A DNA stretch of 23,038 nt from Nitrospinota bacterium. Its GTDB lineage: Bacteria > UBA8248. The stretch covers positions 1 through 23,038 of the forward strand of contig JAYGFR010000242.1 in NCBI GenBank assembly GCA_046581755.1, in the 5' to 3' direction. This document shows, piece after piece, positions 19,373 to 23,038 of the stretch; position 1 is the first letter of the stretch, and each line of letters opens with the position of its first letter. A program made the position numbers and the translations under genes. The notes under the pieces were generated by a model. It had not been told where the DNA came from, searched no databases, and saw nothing but the letters and a program-made list of their open reading frames with translations.

Positions 19373-19724
19373 ATATTTCAAGGCTCCGGATCCGGAGCGG
19401 AAACCGTGCGTACTTCCCCGCATTTGCCCGAGTTTTCTCCCGGAAGGACCCGATTTCTCCTGGAGGGACCTTGAAACGGGGGCGGGCGCAGATACGCGCG
19501 CCTTGGCGCAATTGCCCGAATTTTCTCCCGTGAGGGGCCGAATTTTCTCCTGGAAGGCACTCGAAACCGGGGCGTGCGAAATTGCTCGCGCCTCGGCGCA
19601 TTTGCCCGAGTATTCTCCTGGAAGGCACCCGAAAACAAGGCGGGCGCAGATACGCGCACCTTGGCGCATTTAGTAGAGTTTCATGGCGGATTGCGCAGGA
19701 GCGTTTCGAAATATTCGCCCTAGG
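19369..19724 (+). repeat. intergenic repeat element, copy A: three degenerate tandem units (88, 90, 68 bp) plus conserved terminal segment
   Basis: Units begin CGCAWTTGCCCGA at 19419, 19507 and 19597, with a partial fourth (CGCATTT) at 19665; each ends ..CCTYGG; internal ~21-bp subrepeat CCGARTTTTCTCCYGGAAGG. The outer boundary is approximate. Confidence 0.9.
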
Positions 19725-19737
19725 AGGGGAATCGGCC

Positions 19738-20061
19738 ATGAAGCGGGAGGAGTGGGTGGATGAGATCACCGAGACCATCCAGGAACTCTGGGCCGGCGAG
19801 GTGCCCCTGCGCCCGGCATTTTGGATTTATGGCTTCGCGGTTGTGCTGGGGTTCAAGTGGGCGATGCGGGCGATGGCGGCATATGGGTATTTGAATCAGC
19901 CGGTCTACCTAGCTGTCGGAGCGATGGCCATCGTCTACTCGGTGTTTGCCGCGGTTTCCGTGTGGAGAAGCGCTGCCAAATTCGAGGGAAACAGGGCGCT
20001 GGCCCATGCAGCCAGGGTGGGTGTGATCGTTTGGCCCACGAGCATATTCTGGGGTCCGTAG
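19738..20061 (+). CDS. small hypothetical membrane protein (107 aa)
   Basis: SD AGGAGG before ATG19738; LWAGEVPLRPAFWIYG and VSVWRSA motifs; about 3 hydrophobic segments. Confidence 0.8.
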   Translation: MKREEWVDEITETIQELWAGEVPLRPAFWIYGFAVVLGFKWAMRAMAAYGYLNQPVYLAVGAMAIVYSVFAAVSVWRSAAKFEGNRALAHAARVGVIVWPTSIFWGP

Positions 20062-20112
20062 GCTTCGGGCCATGGCATGGGCGGCCACGGTCGTTTCGGG
20101 AGATCGTCTGGA

Positions 20113-21261
20113 TTAATTTCCTTGGCCGTTCGCCAGAGCCTCGCGGACGGCATCGATGACGGCGCGCTGGGCGCTTGATAACGGAAGGGCCGAGATATCG
20201 GAATCTTTGGCCCAGATCATATCCTTGCTTGAATGGGCTCTTCCGCGCTTTTCTTTTGATTCCGTTGCCCGAATTACAATGAACAATATTTTTCGATGGG
20301 TGAGGGTTCTGGTTAGGCGGACAATTTCCTCCGCAGGCCCCCATCTTTGACCCAGGGCTGTTCGGCAAAGGGTGGAGAAAGCTTTTTCGTTGGGGGATTT
20401 CGGGAGCCCATCTACCATAAGGCCTGGCAGTTCCCACAACCCGCCAAAAAGACCTCTTTCTTTTCGGCGAACCAGGCGGATCGTCTGATGTCTATTGGCC
20501 CAAACCTGAAAAACTGTCACAATCTTCGGCGGCTTCTTTTTCATTTTGATGGGCCTGAGAGCGGTAGTGCCCGCTGCATGCGCAGAGCAATGGTTCGCAA
20601 CCGGGCAGGCGTGGCAGTGGGGCTGTTTGGGAAGGCATACCAAAGAGCCCAAATCCATCAGGGCTTGATTGAAATCCCCGGGCCGGGAGGGAGGAACCAG
20701 CGCTGCCGCCTCTGTTTCAAGAATCGATTTGCCTTGAAAGGTGTCTGCCGGTTCACTCAAATCAAGAGTGCGGCTCAAGACACGAACTACATTGCCATCC
20801 ACGGCCGCCGCACGCTCTCCGAAGGCGATGCTGGCAACCGCGCCGGCTATATAGGGTCCGAAACCCGGAAGCAACCTGAGCGAATCCCGGTCTCGGGGGA
20901 AATTTCCCCGATGGGTATTGGTGATTATCCGTGCGGCCCGGTGAAGATTTTTGGCACGGTCGTAGTAGCCGAGTCCTTGCCATTCCGAGAGGATGGATTC
21001 GAGGGGTGCGCTGGAAAGGGATTTCAGCGTCGGAAACCGGATCAGAAATCGGGGGTAGCGTTCGAGGATGGTTTCGACCCGCGTTTGCTGAAGCATTACC
21101 TCAGAAACCCAAATCCGGTAAGGATTAGATTCGCCGCGCCATGGGAGCATTCTTTTTTTTGAATCATACCAACGGAGTAGCTTGGCGCGAACTTTTCCGC
21201 GTTCATCGGCCGTGAATCCCAGTGTGTGTTCAGCTTGTTGTAGTTGGCTCGGGTTTGACAT
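20113..21261 (-). CDS. mutY: A/G-specific adenine DNA glycosylase MutY
   Basis: LPWR..PYRIWVSEVMLQQT, WQGLGYY, HhH LPGFGPY, VDGNVVRV, NQALMDLG, 4Fe-4S motif C-x6-C-x2-C-x5-C, MutT-like C-terminal GLWELP. Start at 21261 chosen over 21360. Confidence 0.95.
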   Translation of the reverse strand: MSNPSQLQQAEHTLGFTADERGKVRAKLLRWYDSKKRMLPWRGESNPYRIWVSEVMLQQTRVETILERYPRFLIRFPTLKSLSSAPLESILSEWQGLGYYDRAKNLHRAARIITNTHRGNFPRDRDSLRLLPGFGPYIAGAVASIAFGERAAAVDGNVVRVLSRTLDLSEPADTFQGKSILETEAAALVPPSRPGDFNQALMDLGSLVCLPKQPHCHACPVANHCSAHAAGTTALRPIKMKKKPPKIVTVFQVWANRHQTIRLVRRKERGLFGGLWELPGLMVDGLPKSPNEKAFSTLCRTALGQRWGPAEEIVRLTRTLTHRKILFIVIRATESKEKRGRAHSSKDMIWAKDSDISALPLSSAQRAVIDAVREALANGQGN

Positions 21262-21358
21262 GGCGCAATGGTAGCGGATAGTCACCGGATACGGCGAGCA
21301 TATTTTAAGGTTTATGTAGATTATCCAGCATAAAATGGCTTTAGAGAAAGTGTGCCCC

Positions 21359-22546
21359 ATGATTTATAAAAAACGGTCCTTCATTTGTGGGATTTTGTGG
21401 GTTGTCCTGATTCTTGGGTATTGGGAAGGGATGGCCACTTCTCTTCAGGCGGCCTCTCAGGGACCGCCGAAGGGCAGGATTGTAATTGGAGCCGTGTTGG
21501 ATTTAACAGGTCGTGGGGCTGCCCGGGGCCGCCACGCCCGAGATGCGCTTTTGCTTGAGGAGACCCGGACCAATCAATCCCGAGACACTTCTTTGGGCCG
21601 GGTTCATCTTGTAACGATTGACTCAGAAGGAAAGGCGGGGATTGTCTCGAAGGCGGTAAAGAGGCTCGCGGAGGAATTTGGCGCCACCGCGATTATTGGT
21701 CCCTCTAACCGAGAATCAGCTATTGCTGCGGCGCAGGAAGCGGAGCGGGCCCGGATTCCGTTGATTTCGCTTTCAGTTCCCGAATCTATTCTACGGCCTG
21801 TGCGCCGCTGGATTTTTTCGACGGCCCATCCGGTTGCTTTGGCGGTTAACCGTTCGTATTCCCACATACAAACAAAGAGGTTCCGAAGAATCGCCATTCT
21901 CACATCGGGCAGCAGCCTTGGGCGCGAAGGTCGCGAAATTCTAAGTGCGCTTGCTCCCGACCTAGGCTTTTCATTGCTCCTCAATGAACGCTTTCCAGAG
22001 AAGGAACACAATTTTCTCCCCTATCTTCAAAAGGCGCACCTACGCGGAGCTCAGGCGTTTTTGCACTGGAGCAATGGCCCTTCACGTCTGGCGGTTGCCC
22101 GGGCGAGGCAGGCGCTTGATATCCGGATTCCGATTTATATGGCGGCAGTGGTGTCGAAATCCTACGATTTGGAGGGAGCGGGCCGGGCCTTCGAGGGGGT
22201 TATGTTCCCGGCCACGCGCGTTTTTGCGGCCGATCTCCTGGCCCGGGATGCCCCCGGGAGGAGATCGATTATGAAGTTCAGAAAAGAATTTCGACAGCGC
22301 TTCGGTCAGCTGCCGGACGGGCTGGCAGGATATGCGGCGGATGCACTTCGAATGATCGGCAGAGCCATCCAGGGCGGAAACCCGAGCAGGAGCCGGATTC
22401 GAAAGCGGCTGGAAACGCTGGGGCGCTACGAAGGCCTGACAGGGATCTACCGGATGACGGCCTCGGACCACAATGGCCTCAGCCCAAATTCGCTGATCAT
22501 GGTTCAGATCAAAGGCGGGAAGTGGACCATGGCCGGGACCGAATGA
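21359..22546 (+). CDS. ABC transporter substrate-binding protein, branched-chain amino acid (LivJ / type I PBP) family
   Basis: N-terminal signal/TM; IGAVLDLTG..A..G, AIIGP, IPLIS, RWIFS, YAADA, YEGLTG...DHNGL motifs. Start 21335 or 21359. Confidence 0.88.
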   Translation: MIYKKRSFICGILWVVLILGYWEGMATSLQAASQGPPKGRIVIGAVLDLTGRGAARGRHARDALLLEETRTNQSRDTSLGRVHLVTIDSEGKAGIVSKAVKRLAEEFGATAIIGPSNRESAIAAAQEAERARIPLISLSVPESILRPVRRWIFSTAHPVALAVNRSYSHIQTKRFRRIAILTSGSSLGREGREILSALAPDLGFSLLLNERFPEKEHNFLPYLQKAHLRGAQAFLHWSNGPSRLAVARARQALDIRIPIYMAAVVSKSYDLEGAGRAFEGVMFPATRVFAADLLARDAPGRRSIMKFRKEFRQRFGQLPDGLAGYAADALRMIGRAIQGGNPSRSRIRKRLETLGRYEGLTGIYRMTASDHNGLSPNSLIMVQIKGGKWTMAGTE

Positions 22547-22550
22547 CCCC

Positions 22551-22905
22551 CCTAGGGCGAATATTTCGAAACGCTTTCGCCCAATCCGCCGGGATATTCG
22601 GGTAAATGCGCCAAGGCGCACGTATCTGCGCCCGCATCAATCCCGGCCCATTCCGGGAAAATTTTTGAGCAAATGTGCTAAGGTACGCCTATTTGTGTTC
22701 GCATCCTTTTCAGGGTTCTTCTGAGAGGAAACTCGGCCCCCTCCGGGAGAAAAATCCACATTGCGCCCGCATCCCTTTCAAAGCTCATCTGAGTGAAAAC
22801 TCAGCCCCTTCCGGGAGGTTCTCGGGCAAATGCGCCAAGGCCCCTGCAGATTCGCCCGCCCCGTTTTCAAGCGCCCTCCGGGCGGATGTGTCAGTATAAA
22901 TATTT
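22551..22905 (-). repeat. intergenic repeat element, copy B (inverted relative to copy A), about 4 degenerate units
   Basis: 22551-22635 is the reverse complement of 19640-19724 at 72/85 identity without gaps; further units such as CTCGGGCAAATGCGCCAAGG (22821-22840) match copy A junctions in reverse. The outer boundary is approximate. Confidence 0.9.
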
Positions 22906-22982
22906 GATATTAAATACGTTATATCCTTTTTTAACACCCTTCCCCCGTTCTCCTTTATTCTTCCCCCAGCGGTATGTACCCC

Positions 22983-23009
22983 GGTTCCGGGCAGGCACCG
23001 CCCGGAACC
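22983..23009. other. perfect 10-bp hairpin near the window end
   Basis: GGTTCCGGGC (22983-22992) pairs with GCCCGGAACC (23000-23009), 7-nt loop; role unknown and it may lie in the tail of a - strand gene entering from outside. Confidence 0.4.
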
Positions 23010-23038
23010 AGGAAGCCGAAAAACCTTCCAGATCCTCC

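Noticed and set aside
19419..19724. CRISPR array interpretation of the tandem repeats (also 22551-22905)
   Set aside because: The entire unit is repeated with drift; there are no constant 23-47 bp repeats separated by unique spacers and no cas genes in the window.
19287..19778. ORFs over the repeat elements (19287-19778, 19301-19669, 19378-19659, the 5' part of 19582-20061, and 22675-22899)
   Set aside because: Unit lengths of 88, 90 and 68 bp shift frames, similar peptides appear in several frames, and no SD or domain is evident.
21262..21360. N-terminal extension of mutY overlapping the binding-protein start
   Set aside because: AT-rich, non-homologous sequence that looks like the divergent promoter region.
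22890..23038. 3' end of a - strand gene entering from beyond the window
   Set aside because: All three - frames are open at the edge and none shows a recognisable motif, so no call can be supported.

Overview
GC-rich bacterial chromosomal window, mostly housekeeping and metabolic genes. Order: gyrB, a 0.9 kb spacer hiding an apparently frameshifted secreted-protein gene on the - strand, gyrA, a TPR + FGE/SUMF1-domain lipoprotein, a secreted hypothetical, a tandem-domain rhodanese, a small permease (-), truD, an NDUFA9-like SDR, a secreted amidohydrolase, an amidase, tcuA-like flavoprotein (-), a small Cys-rich ORF, an nfeD / SPFH (paraslipin) pair, a ceramidase-like CREST membrane protein, a small membrane protein, mutY (-) and an orphan LivJ-type binding protein. 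The most striking unexplained structure is two ~350-bp non-coding elements built from degenerate 68-90 bp tandem units (about 19369-19724 and 22551-22905). They lie in inverted orientation, share an 85-bp inner end (72/85 identical, last 25 bp perfect) and bracket a 2.8-kb mutY-containing segment. Other points of interest are a non-canonical gyrase quinolone pocket, lysine-rich GyrB additions, an open frame behind a UAG plus hairpin at the end of the SPFH gene, and an unusual NfeD architecture. No rRNA, tRNA, CRISPR array or transposase was recognised. All calls are by eye from motifs; no database search was run.
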